This document shows positions 9,841-18,452 of a stretch of DNA of 64,000 nucleotides, piece by piece (within the stretch, counting starts at the first letter, position 1; each line of letters starts with the position of its first letter). The notes beneath the pieces are model-generated. The model was not told the DNA's origin. It saw only the letters and a list, made by a program, of their open reading frames with translations, and ran no database searches. The stretch lies in the NCBI GenBank assembly GCA_964483325.1, contig CAZAAW010000002.1, forward strand, positions 88,226 through 152,225, read 5' to 3'. Made by a program: the position numbers and the translations under genes. The DNA comes from an uncultured Hyphomicrobiales bacterium. GTDB lineage: Bacteria; Pseudomonadota; Alphaproteobacteria; Rhizobiales; Kaistiaceae.

Positions 9841-10755
9841 TTATCTGTACCCCCTCGTGTCGGCCGGCTTGCCGGCTTCCTGGACCTCGACGATGTAGCG
9901 CCAGGCATCGGGGCGCGAGCCGTCGAGGTCGGTGAAGCCGTAGACCTGCGCCAGGCCGCCGCTCGACAGCGACTGACCGTTCCAGCGCGCCCGCTCCGGA
10001 TCGGCGGCCAGCGCCGCGACGGCGCGGCCGGCGAAGCGCGGCGTCTCGGAGATCGCGAAATGCGGCTCCCGCACCGTCGCGTCGCGCCAGGTCTCTTCCG
10101 TGACGCCGAAATGCTCCAGCATCATTTCCGAGCGCAGCCAACCGGGCGTGAGCGACAAGGCGGTGGCGCCGTGCTGTTCGAGATCCTTGGCATGCGCCCA
10201 GGCCATGCGGTTCGCCGCCACCTTGGCGAGGTCGTAGAAGGGCGACAGCCTGTAGTGGTCGGCATTGTAGGCCGCCGTGCCGTCCGTCACCTCGACGAGA
10301 AGGCCGCCCGGCCGCTCGATCAGCAGCGGCAGGGCGAAATGTGCGGTGATGAGATGGGTGTCGATGCCGAGCCGCAGCAGGCGCAGGCCGTTGTCCAGGT
10401 TGTGGTCCCAGACGGGCTTGTTCCACTCGAACAGCTGTTCGCCGCCCCAGATGTCGTTGACAAGGATGTCGAGACGACCCTGCTCGGCGCGAATGCGCTG
10501 GATCAGCGCCTCGACCTCGTCCGGCACGAGATGGTCGACCCTGACCGCGATACCGGTGCCGCCGGCGACCGTCACGAGCTCGGCGGTTTCCCCGATCGTC
10601 TCCGAGGAGCGGCCATAGTCGGACGGCTGGCCACGCGTGGTCCTGCCCGTGACATAGACGGTGGCGCCTGCCGCCCCCAGCTCGACGGCGATGCCGCGCC
10701 CCGCCCCGCGCGTCGCCCCGGCGACCAGCGCCACCTTGCCTGCCAGTGTCGTCAC
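9841..10755 (-). CDS. SDR-family oxidoreductase
   Basis: N-terminal Rossmann motif GKVALVAGATRGAGRGIAVEL; 304 aa. Confidence 0.9.
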   Translation of the reverse strand: MTTLAGKVALVAGATRGAGRGIAVELGAAGATVYVTGRTTRGQPSDYGRSSETIGETAELVTVAGGTGIAVRVDHLVPDEVEALIQRIRAEQGRLDILVNDIWGGEQLFEWNKPVWDHNLDNGLRLLRLGIDTHLITAHFALPLLIERPGGLLVEVTDGTAAYNADHYRLSPFYDLAKVAANRMAWAHAKDLEQHGATALSLTPGWLRSEMMLEHFGVTEETWRDATVREPHFAISETPRFAGRAVAALAADPERARWNGQSLSSGGLAQVYGFTDLDGSRPDAWRYIVEVQEAGKPADTRGYR

Positions 10756-10845
10756 CGCATCCTCCTTTCCAATCCTGCCTGTGGCGACGCGCTATACAAC
10801 GAAAGCGGGAGGGTCGAGCCTTTCGTCTTGCGCGGCGCGCTGTTG

Positions 10846-10869
10846 CTGGATATACTACTGGATATATCC
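10846..10869 (+). promoter_or_regulatory. candidate operator of the vapBC-like operon
   Basis: Direct repeat CTGGATATA at 10846-10854 and 10858-10866 (12-nt period). It overlaps the palindrome GGATATATCC at 10860-10869, immediately upstream of the antitoxin RBS. Confidence 0.4.
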
Positions 10870-10880
10870 GGAGACCTGCC

Positions 10881-11180
10881 TTGGGAACTTCGCAACGCCG
10901 TGCAATCCAGACTTATCGCGCCCGCCTTGGCGAGAAGGGCCTGGCGCGTTTCGAGGTGCTCGGCCGTGACTCGGACCGCGACCTGATCCGTTCCCTGGCC
11001 AGGCGTCTTGCCGAAGACACGCCTGAAGCGTCGCAGCTTCGGGCGGCCGTGAGCAGAAGCATGGCCGGCGACCGATCGAAGAAGGGCGGCATCCTCGCCG
11101 CGCTCCGCCGGTCGCCGCTGGTCGGTGCCGATCTCGATCTCACGCGCTCACGCGAGGCTGGGCGCGACGTCGATCTCTGA
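10881..11180 (+). CDS. putative type II antitoxin (VapB-like partner of the PIN toxin)
   Basis: About 99 aa from a TTG at 10881 with GGAGA 6 nt upstream. Its stop overlaps the toxin start (TGATG at 11178-11182). The family was not recognised by eye, and the upstream part of the 144-aa track ORF was rejected. Confidence 0.6.
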   Translation: MGTSQRRAIQTYRARLGEKGLARFEVLGRDSDRDLIRSLARRLAEDTPEASQLRAAVSRSMAGDRSKKGGILAALRRSPLVGADLDLTRSREAGRDVDL

Positions 11181-11611
11181 TGCGCTACCTGCTCGACACC
11201 AACATCATCAGCAACGTCACCAAGCCGTCGCCCTCGCCATCCCTTCTTGCCTGGATGGCGGAGCAGAGCGACGAGGATCTCCACATCAGCACCCTGACCG
11301 TCGCGGAGATCCGGCGCGGCATTCTCGAGAAGCCGGCCGGCAAACGACGAGACGCGCTGGAAGACTGGTTCGTTGGCCCCGAGGGACCGCAGGCACTTTT
11401 TGCCGGCCGCGTCCTTCCCTTCGACGAAGTCGCCGCCCTGATCTGGGCGCGCCTGATGGCCGCCGGGAAAGCCGCCGGCCGGCAGAGAAGCGCGCTCGAC
11501 ACGATCATCGCTGCCGTGGCGGAAGCCAATGGCTGCGTCGTCGTCACCGACAATGAGGCGGACTTCGCCGGCGTCGAGATCATCAATCCGCTGCGCGGCG
11601 CCGGGGAATGA
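11180..11611 (+). CDS. vapC: PIN-domain ribonuclease toxin (VapC/FitB-like)
   Basis: MRYLLDTNIIS at the N-terminus, a TLTVAEI segment and VVVTDNEADF near the C-terminus supply the PIN acidic residues. 143 aa. Confidence 0.9.
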   Translation: MRYLLDTNIISNVTKPSPSPSLLAWMAEQSDEDLHISTLTVAEIRRGILEKPAGKRRDALEDWFVGPEGPQALFAGRVLPFDEVAALIWARLMAAGKAAGRQRSALDTIIAAVAEANGCVVVTDNEADFAGVEIINPLRGAGE

Positions 11612-11778
11612 CAGGCGCCGGAGCCTTCATTTCCCATATCGCCGCCGAGCCTTGTCCCTGGCTGCGGCTGGGCCGTTCGGTCAGCGTCAGCCTGCCGCAA
11701 TTTCAGGCTATACAGCGAAGGCGAGGCGGGCCGGTCGAGTTCGCCGTGCTTCATTTTCAGATCAGGGAGAAGACCCCA

Positions 11779-12723
11779 ATGTCAGGGCAAGCGACACGGA
11801 AAATGCATGCCGCGTGGGCCATACCGGCCTCCATGGTTATCGGCCTTGCCGGCCTTTCCGCCGCCTCGGCGCAGCAGGCGGTGACGATCGCCGGCGAAAA
11901 GACCTTTCCCGAGAGCGTGACGTCGACATCGGACGGCACGCTCTATACCGGCAGCCTCACCTTGGGTGCCGTCTTCAAGGCGGCCCCGGGCGCGGCCACG
12001 GCCGAGCCGTTCATCGAGAAGGATGCCAACGGCCTGCGCATGGTCCTCGGCGTTCTCGCCGACGAGGCATCCGGCTCGCTGTGGCTTTGCTCGTCGCTGT
12101 TCGGCGACCCCAATGCCCCGCCGGCCGATCTGAAGACGTTCGACCTTGCCTCTGGCGCTGCCAAGGCCACCTACACGTTCCCGGCCGGCAGCACCGTCTG
12201 CAACGACATCGCCATCGGTCCCGACGGCACGGCCTATGCGACCAGCACCACCGACGGCAAGATCTTCGCCGTGAAACCCGGCGCCACGGAAGTCGCCGAG
12301 TGGGCGTCCGATCCAGCCTGGGCCGGCGGCCTTGACGGCATCGCCATCGCCACCGACGGCAAGATGTATGTCAACCACGTCGGCAACGGCACGCTGTTCA
12401 GCGTCGAGATGAACGCCGACGGTTCGGCCGGCGCGGTGACGCAGGTCGAGACCTCGCAGCCGCTGCAGGGTCCCGACGGCATGCGTCCGGCCGCCAATGG
12501 CGGTCTGTGGGTCGCCGAGAACGCCGGCGGCCGCATCTCGCATGTCGGCACCGACGGTGCGGTCCACGTCATGAAGGAGGGCCTCGAATCGCCCACCGCC
12601 ATGACCCAGGTCGGCGACACCGTATGGTACATCCAGACCAAGTTCGCCTATTTCATGGGCGACAAGAAGGACCAGGATCCGGGCCCCTTCACCATCGACC
12701 CGATCAGCGCCGGCGGCATGTAA
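11779..12723 (+). CDS. secreted beta-propeller protein (SMP-30/gluconolactonase/LRE-like)
   Basis: Start at MSGQATRK, with GGGAGAAG upstream. Signal peptide ends AASAQQ. Repeated blade-like segments are present (DGTLYTGS, GPDGTAYATS, DGKMYVNHV, NGGLWVAEN). Confidence 0.6.
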   Translation: MSGQATRKMHAAWAIPASMVIGLAGLSAASAQQAVTIAGEKTFPESVTSTSDGTLYTGSLTLGAVFKAAPGAATAEPFIEKDANGLRMVLGVLADEASGSLWLCSSLFGDPNAPPADLKTFDLASGAAKATYTFPAGSTVCNDIAIGPDGTAYATSTTDGKIFAVKPGATEVAEWASDPAWAGGLDGIAIATDGKMYVNHVGNGTLFSVEMNADGSAGAVTQVETSQPLQGPDGMRPAANGGLWVAENAGGRISHVGTDGAVHVMKEGLESPTAMTQVGDTVWYIQTKFAYFMGDKKDQDPGPFTIDPISAGGM

Positions 12724-12761
12724 GCCGGCTAAATCCGCGCCATATCCGTAGCATGGAAAAA

Positions 12762-12795
12762 GCCCCGCAGGCCCAGCCTGCGGGGCAAGTCTTTT
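12762..12795 (+). terminator. intrinsic terminator
   Basis: GCCCCGCAGG / CCTGCGGGGC 10-bp stem followed by AAGTCTTTT. Confidence 0.6.
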
Positions 12796-12860
12796 AAGGA
12801 GAGAAACTCAAGCGAAAGGAACCAACACGGGCTCGGAGGAGCCCGCTTGCAATGGCTGGG

Positions 12861-13346
12861 TCAGGTAAGCTTCTGGACGTAGAGCGTCACCACGCCATCC
12901 TCGTTGACGTCGATGGCGAGGACGTTTTCCAGCTTGACGTCATGGGCGTCGAGAAGCTGCTTCAGGCCGGCATTGGCGCCGATCGCCGTCCGCATGGCAT
13001 CGATGTCGGCCTTATGCTCTTCCGACATGGCGGAGAGGGTCTTGCCGTCGGCATCGGCCGGATCGACGACTTCCTCGACCGGGACGACGCTGACCTTGCT
13101 CAGCGAAATGCCGCCCAGTGCTTCGGTGCTGGTCTTCAGGTTGCCCATGGCCTCCAGCGCGACGCGGAAGTTGGAGTCGGCGTTCTCGACCTCTTCGAAC
13201 GTCACCTCGTTGTTCTCGGGAACAACGCGCTCATTGATGGAATCCTCCGGCTTCGGCGCCGGCGCGGCGTCCTGAGCCACGGCAACGCCCAGCGGCAGGG
13301 CCAGGGCGAAGCTCGCGGCGGTGGCCGTTACGAGCAGTTTCCTCAT
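12861..13346 (-). CDS. secreted acidic hypothetical protein
   Basis: Signal peptide MRKLLVTATAASFALALPLGVAVAQD. No family recognised. Confidence 0.6.
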   Translation of the reverse strand: MRKLLVTATAASFALALPLGVAVAQDAAPAPKPEDSINERVVPENNEVTFEEVENADSNFRVALEAMGNLKTSTEALGGISLSKVSVVPVEEVVDPADADGKTLSAMSEEHKADIDAMRTAIGANAGLKQLLDAHDVKLENVLAIDVNEDGVVTLYVQKLT

Positions 13347-13447
13347 TGGTCATGTCTCCCTAGTGTTGCACCGGGGAGCAAAGTCTCGAGCCTCAGATTG
13401 GTTCCGCGTCAGGCGGGAACTGAGCCGGCAAAAGCCGGGCAGCGATT

Positions 13448-13714
13448 TCAGGCGTAGCGGGCTGCCGAGCGGGCGCGGGCCTTCATCGCTTCCTCTTCGC
13501 GATTGCGCGGCGGGCTGCTGGTCACCAGGTCGTCGAGCAGGCGCCGGGCGACCTCGGTCACCTCGTCGACGGCGCGGTTGAAGACCTCCTCGTTCGCCTT
13601 CGACGGCCGGGTGAAGCCGCTCAGCTTGCGGACGAACTGGAGCGCCGAGGCGCGGATCTCGTCTTCGGTGGTCGGCGGATCGAAATTGAACAGGGTGCGG
13701 ATATTACGGCACAT
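13448..13714 (-). CDS. DUF2277-family protein
   Basis: MCRNIRTLFNFDPPTTEDEIRASALQFVRKLSGFTRPSKANEEVFNRAV matches my recollection of the DUF2277 N-terminus. The start is taken at the MCRNI Met. Confidence 0.7.
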   Translation of the reverse strand: MCRNIRTLFNFDPPTTEDEIRASALQFVRKLSGFTRPSKANEEVFNRAVDEVTEVARRLLDDLVTSSPPRNREEEAMKARARSAARYA

Positions 13715-13831
13715 GTCGGCCTCCGTGCGACAGCGACATCGCGGCCAAGGATATAGGCCCATGCCCGGCAAGGCCAACCCGGCAGGCGCAGGGCGGTAGA
13801 CGCTCTGCCGCCCCGCTGTTGCCTGCCCGGC

Positions 13832-15535
13832 CTATTCGGCCGGCACGTTCTCCGGCAGCGCCTCCGGCTCGCGATAGATGTACTTGGCGCCGCCGAGCCA
13901 GGAGGCGAGGCCGGCGATCAGATAGAGGATCAGCGAGAACACGAAGGCGATGGCAAGGCCGTGCATGAACGGCCCGGAGATGAGATCGGGGAAGAAGGTC
14001 TTGCCCGTCACCGTCGCCACAGTTTCCGGCGGCAGGGTCTGCATCACCGCCGGCGGGATCAGCTCGGCCATCGGGTTGTAGCCGAGGAAGGCCGCGAACA
14101 GGCTGGCGACCGGCGGAGCGCTCGCCACCTGGTGGGCGATGTCGGGCGGCACCTGCTCGGCGATCAGCCGCGCTTCCATCGTCTGCGGCAGCGTGCTGGC
14201 GAGGCCGACGATCATCAGGCTGAAGAAGATGCCGATCGACAGCACCATGCCGGCATTCATCGTCGTGGCGCGCAGGCCCGCCGCCTGGCCGCGCTCGCCG
14301 GCCGGGACGGAGTTCATGATCTGCGTGCTGTTGGGCGCGCTGAAGAGACCCGAGCCGAGGCCGTTGAGGAAGATCAGGAAGGCGAAGAGGCCGTAGGGGA
14401 AATCGGCCGGCAGCAGCGCCAGGGCGGCGAAGCTGATGGCGCCGATGATCATGCCGCCGGTGGCGAAGGGCCGGGCGCCGTAGCGGTCCGACAGGTAGCC
14501 TGAGACCGGGCCGGCGAGCAGGAAGCCCAGCGTCAAAGGCAGCATGAAGATGCCGGCCCAGAGCGGCGTCGATTCGAAGCTGTAGCCGTGCAGCGGCAGC
14601 CAGATGCCCTGCAGCCAGATGATCAGCATGAACTGCAGGCCGCCGCGGCCGATCGACGACAGCAGACTGGCGAGATTGCCGGCGGTGAACGGCCGGATAC
14701 GCAGCAGCGACAGGTCGAGCATCGGCCGCGGCGTCCGCTGCTCGACCAGCACGAACAGGACCAGCAGCACCAGGCCGCCGATCAGCAGCGACAGGACTGT
14801 CGGGCTGGTCCAGCCCATCACCTGGTCGCCATAGGGCTGGATGCCGAAATTGATCCCCATCAGCACCATGATGAGGCCGATGGCGAAGGTGGCGTTGCCG
14901 AGCCAGTCCAGCCGCTCGCGGCGCGGCGGCCGGCTGTCGCGCAGCTTCCAGAAGGCCCACACCGTGCCGATGACGCCGAACGGCACGTTGATCCAGAAGA
15001 CCAGGCGCCAGTCGATGTCCGCCAGCAGGCCGCCGATCAGCAGGCCGATGAACGAGCCGCCGATGCCGGCCATGGTGTTGATGCCGAGCGCCAGGCCGCG
15101 CTGGTTGGTCGGGAAGGCGTCGGTCAGGATGGCGGTGGCATTGGCCATCACCATGGCGCCGCCGATGCCCTGGATGATGCGGGCGATGATCAGGTAGAGC
15201 GCTGCCGTGTCGCCGCCGGACGGCAGGAAGCTGAGGGCCACCGAGGCGAGCGTGAAGATCAGGAAGCCGATATTGTAGGTCTTGGCGCGGCCGTAGACGT
15301 CGCCGAGGCGGCCGAAGGTCACCACCAGCACCGCCGTCGCCACCATGTAGCCCATGATGGTCCACAGCAGGTAGTTGATGTTGGCCGCCGCCAGCGGGTT
15401 GAGGCCGATGCCGCGGAAGATCGCCGGCAGGCTGATGAGGAGGATGGAGCTGTTGATCGTGGCGGCGAGGACGCCGAGCGTCGTGTTGCTCAGCGCCAGC
15501 CACTTGTAGCTGGAATCTGGTTCGGACAGAGACAT
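13832..15535 (-). CDS. MFS transporter, DHA2 (14-TM EmrB/QacA-like) family
   Basis: 567 aa and highly hydrophobic, with the MFS motif GRLGDVYGRAKTY after TM2. Confidence 0.9.
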   Translation of the reverse strand: MSLSEPDSSYKWLALSNTTLGVLAATINSSILLISLPAIFRGIGLNPLAAANINYLLWTIMGYMVATAVLVVTFGRLGDVYGRAKTYNIGFLIFTLASVALSFLPSGGDTAALYLIIARIIQGIGGAMVMANATAILTDAFPTNQRGLALGINTMAGIGGSFIGLLIGGLLADIDWRLVFWINVPFGVIGTVWAFWKLRDSRPPRRERLDWLGNATFAIGLIMVLMGINFGIQPYGDQVMGWTSPTVLSLLIGGLVLLVLFVLVEQRTPRPMLDLSLLRIRPFTAGNLASLLSSIGRGGLQFMLIIWLQGIWLPLHGYSFESTPLWAGIFMLPLTLGFLLAGPVSGYLSDRYGARPFATGGMIIGAISFAALALLPADFPYGLFAFLIFLNGLGSGLFSAPNSTQIMNSVPAGERGQAAGLRATTMNAGMVLSIGIFFSLMIVGLASTLPQTMEARLIAEQVPPDIAHQVASAPPVASLFAAFLGYNPMAELIPPAVMQTLPPETVATVTGKTFFPDLISGPFMHGLAIAFVFSLILYLIAGLASWLGGAKYIYREPEALPENVPAE

Positions 15536-15817
15536 CTGAAACGGGCCTGAAAGGGGGCGAAACGAAGGGTGCGGGCAGCTTCCCGACCAATTACTAAGGC
15601 GAGCATATAATTTGGATAGTGTGACAGCGCAATAACGGAATGCTGCTACTTTTCGTCCGGGCAGCGTTTTTTCCGCGAGGGGCGCCGGCGGACCCTGCCG
15701 CCGCCAGGGCGGGGCGCCTTTACATAACTTTACGCAGGCGAGAAGCGCCCGAAACGATGGGCTCCCAGATTGTCGTCATCGGGCAATGACGCCCGGCCAG
15801 ACAGCAAGGAGACCACC

Positions 15818-16399
15818 ATGTCCGACGACATTCATGCGTCACCGGCCGAGGGCCACGAAGAGACGATCGCTCCGCGCCGCAGCAGCGTGCGCACCCCCCT
15901 CCTCATTGCCGGCGCCCTCGCCCTCGGGCTGACGGCCGGCGCCGCGGCGACGGCGTTCGGCAACGGTCCCGGCCACGGCGGCTGGGGTTGGGGCGGTGGC
16001 TGGGGCCCGCGCGGCTTCGCTGCCGGCGAGATGGATCCGGCCCGTGTCGACCAGTTCGTCGAGCGCGGCATCAAGCATCTCGCCGTCGAGATCGACGCCA
16101 CCGACGAGCAGCAGACCCGCCTCGTCGCCGCGGCGCAGTCGCTTGTCCACGACCTGATGCCGATGCGCGAGGACATGAAGGGCGCCCGCGAGGAGCTGCG
16201 CACGCTGCTGACGGCGCCGACCGTCGACCGCACCGCCATCGAGGCGTTCCGCGCCGAGCAGATCGCCAATGCCGACGCCATGAGCAAGCGCGTCGCCGAG
16301 GCCGTCGCCGACGCGGCGGAGATCCTGACGCCCGAGCAGCGCAAGGAACTCGGCGACATGGCAGTCCGCTTCGGCGATCGCCGCGGCCCGTTCCACTAG
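15818..16399 (+). CDS. Spy/CpxP-family periplasmic stress protein
   Basis: Start at MSDDIH, with AAGGAGA upstream. It has a TM/signal segment, a helical body and a C-terminal LTPEQRKEL (LTxxQ) motif. It is adjacent to a two-component system. Confidence 0.75.
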   Translation: MSDDIHASPAEGHEETIAPRRSSVRTPLLIAGALALGLTAGAAATAFGNGPGHGGWGWGGGWGPRGFAAGEMDPARVDQFVERGIKHLAVEIDATDEQQTRLVAAAQSLVHDLMPMREDMKGAREELRTLLTAPTVDRTAIEAFRAEQIANADAMSKRVAEAVADAAEILTPEQRKELGDMAVRFGDRRGPFH

Positions 16400-16495
16400 G
16401 GCGCCGTGGACGTCCAAGCGGCGATGAGGGCATGCTGCCCGACGACAGGGACGGCCGGCACAGCCGGCCGCTCCATCACAGGCTGAGGGGCAGGC

Positions 16496-17185
16496 GTGGC
16501 AGAGCGCATCCTTCTGGTGGAAGACGAGCCGCGCCTCGCCGCCATGATCCGCGACTATCTGGGCGAGGCCGGGCTCCTGGTGAGCATCGCCGGCACCGGC
16601 GAGGCGGCGGTCGCGGCGCAGGCGCGTGACGGCTTCGACGCCGTCGTCCTCGACCTGATGCTGCCCGACATCGACGGCCTCGAGGTCTGCCGGCGCATCC
16701 GGGCGCGGTCGGAGGTGCCGATCCTGATGCTGACGGCGCGCGGCGACACGATGGACCGCGTTGTCGGCCTCGAGCTCGGCGCCGACGATTATCTGCCGAA
16801 GCCGTTCGAGCCGCGCGAATTGCTGGCCCGTCTGCGTGCCATCCTGCGGCGCGAGCGCGGCGGCAGCCGCCGGTCGGAGATCATGCGCTTCGGCCGGCTG
16901 GAGATCGACCTCGGCGCCCGCCAGGTGCGCCTCGACGGCGAGCCGAAGCCGCTCACCGGCCACCAGTTCGCGCTGCTCGCCGTGCTGGCCGAGAATGCCG
17001 GCCGGGTGATGTCGCGCGACGCGCTGATGGACCGCATCAGCGGCACGTCGCTGGAGCCGTTCGATCGCTCCATCGACGTCCATATCTCGCGCATTCGCGC
17101 CGCCATCGAGGACGATCCGAAACAGCCGCGCCGGGTGATCACCCTGCGCGGCGCCGGCTACGTCTTCGCCAAGGCGCAGGACTGA
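16496..17185 (+). CDS. OmpR-family response regulator
   Basis: Receiver domain (ILLVEDE, DAVVLDLMLPDIDG, ADDYLPKPF) plus a winged-helix output domain. GTG start. Confidence 0.9.
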   Translation: MAERILLVEDEPRLAAMIRDYLGEAGLLVSIAGTGEAAVAAQARDGFDAVVLDLMLPDIDGLEVCRRIRARSEVPILMLTARGDTMDRVVGLELGADDYLPKPFEPRELLARLRAILRRERGGSRRSEIMRFGRLEIDLGARQVRLDGEPKPLTGHQFALLAVLAENAGRVMSRDALMDRISGTSLEPFDRSIDVHISRIRAAIEDDPKQPRRVITLRGAGYVFAKAQD

Positions 17186-17192
17186 GCGCGAC

Positions 17193-18452
17193 ATGGGCGC
17201 GATCCTCCGCCGCCTCAGCCGGCAGATCTATTTGACGATCATCGCCAGCCTGGTGCTGGTGGTCCTGTTCACCGGCTTCCTGTGGCGCATCGGCGGCGAG
17301 AATCCGCAGATGCGCCAGACATTCGGCCTCGCCGGCGATCTCGCCGCGGCGGCGCTGCCGCCGCCGGACGCGCCGCCGGCGGCGCAGCAGGCGGCGCTGG
17401 GCCAGCTTGCCGAAAGGCTGCATACCGACCTTGCCCTCTATGCCGGCGACGGCCGCCTTATCGCTCAGGCCGGCCGGCCGCTGCCGCATCCGCGCGATGC
17501 CGGCCGGACACGCTGGATGGGCGGCCCGGGCGGGCCGTCGGTCGTGGTGCCGCTGCAGGACGGCGGAGCGCTGGTGATCCGCATTCCCGGCGGACCGCCG
17601 GGCAGCGCCTACGGCCTTGTCGCGCTGCTGGCGGCGATTGCCCTCGCCATCGCCCTCGGCGCCTATCCGGTGGTGCGCGGCCTTACCGGCCGGCTTGAGC
17701 GCCTGCAGCGCGGCGTCGAGAAGCTCGGCGCCGGCGATCTCGGCACGCGCGTCAAGGTCGAGGGCCGCGACGAGATTGCCGGCCTTGCCGCCAGCTTCAA
17801 CCGTGCTGCCGAGCGCATCGAGGGGCTGGTCGGGGCGCACCGGCTGCTGCTCGCCAATACCTCACATGAGCTGCGTACGCCGCTGGCGCGCATCCGGCTC
17901 GGCATCGAGCTGGCGAAAGGCGGCGTCGATCCGGCCCGCCGGGCGGAGCTGGAGCGCGACATTGCCGAGCTCGACGGGCTGCTCGACGAGATCCTGCTGG
18001 CGAGTCGCCTCGATGCGGTCCAGGCGCCGGACCAGATCGAGCCGGTCGACCTTCTCGGCCTCGCCGCCGAGGAGGGCAGCCGCTACGACGATTGCCAGGT
18101 CGAGGGCGAGGTGGCGGTGGTCGACGGCGATGCCCGCCTCCTGCGGCGAATGCTGCGCAACCTCCTGGAAAACGCCGTTCGCCACGGCGCCCCGCCGGTC
18201 ACCGTCACGGTGCGCGGCGAGGGCCGGAGGGCAATCGTCGAGGTGGTCGATGCGGGCAAGGCCATCCCGCCGGAGGAGCGCGAGCGCATCTTCGACCCCT
18301 TCTACCGCCGCGCCGACAGCACGGCCGCCGGCACCGGCCTCGGCCTGTCGCTGGTGCGCCAGATCGCCCGTCTGCATGGCGGCGACGCCGTGGTGGTGGC
18401 GCGCGCCCCCGGCAATTGCTTCCGGATCAGCCTGCCGCGCGCCGGCGCCTAG
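17193..18452 (+). CDS. sensor histidine kinase (HAMP-HisKA-HATPase)
   Basis: H-box LLLANTSHELRTPLARI; N and G boxes (NLLENAVRHG, DAGKAIPPEERERIFDPFYR, GTGLGLSLV). Confidence 0.9.
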   Translation: MGAILRRLSRQIYLTIIASLVLVVLFTGFLWRIGGENPQMRQTFGLAGDLAAAALPPPDAPPAAQQAALGQLAERLHTDLALYAGDGRLIAQAGRPLPHPRDAGRTRWMGGPGGPSVVVPLQDGGALVIRIPGGPPGSAYGLVALLAAIALAIALGAYPVVRGLTGRLERLQRGVEKLGAGDLGTRVKVEGRDEIAGLAASFNRAAERIEGLVGAHRLLLANTSHELRTPLARIRLGIELAKGGVDPARRAELERDIAELDGLLDEILLASRLDAVQAPDQIEPVDLLGLAAEEGSRYDDCQVEGEVAVVDGDARLLRRMLRNLLENAVRHGAPPVTVTVRGEGRRAIVEVVDAGKAIPPEERERIFDPFYRRADSTAAGTGLGLSLVRQIARLHGGDAVVVARAPGNCFRISLPRAGA

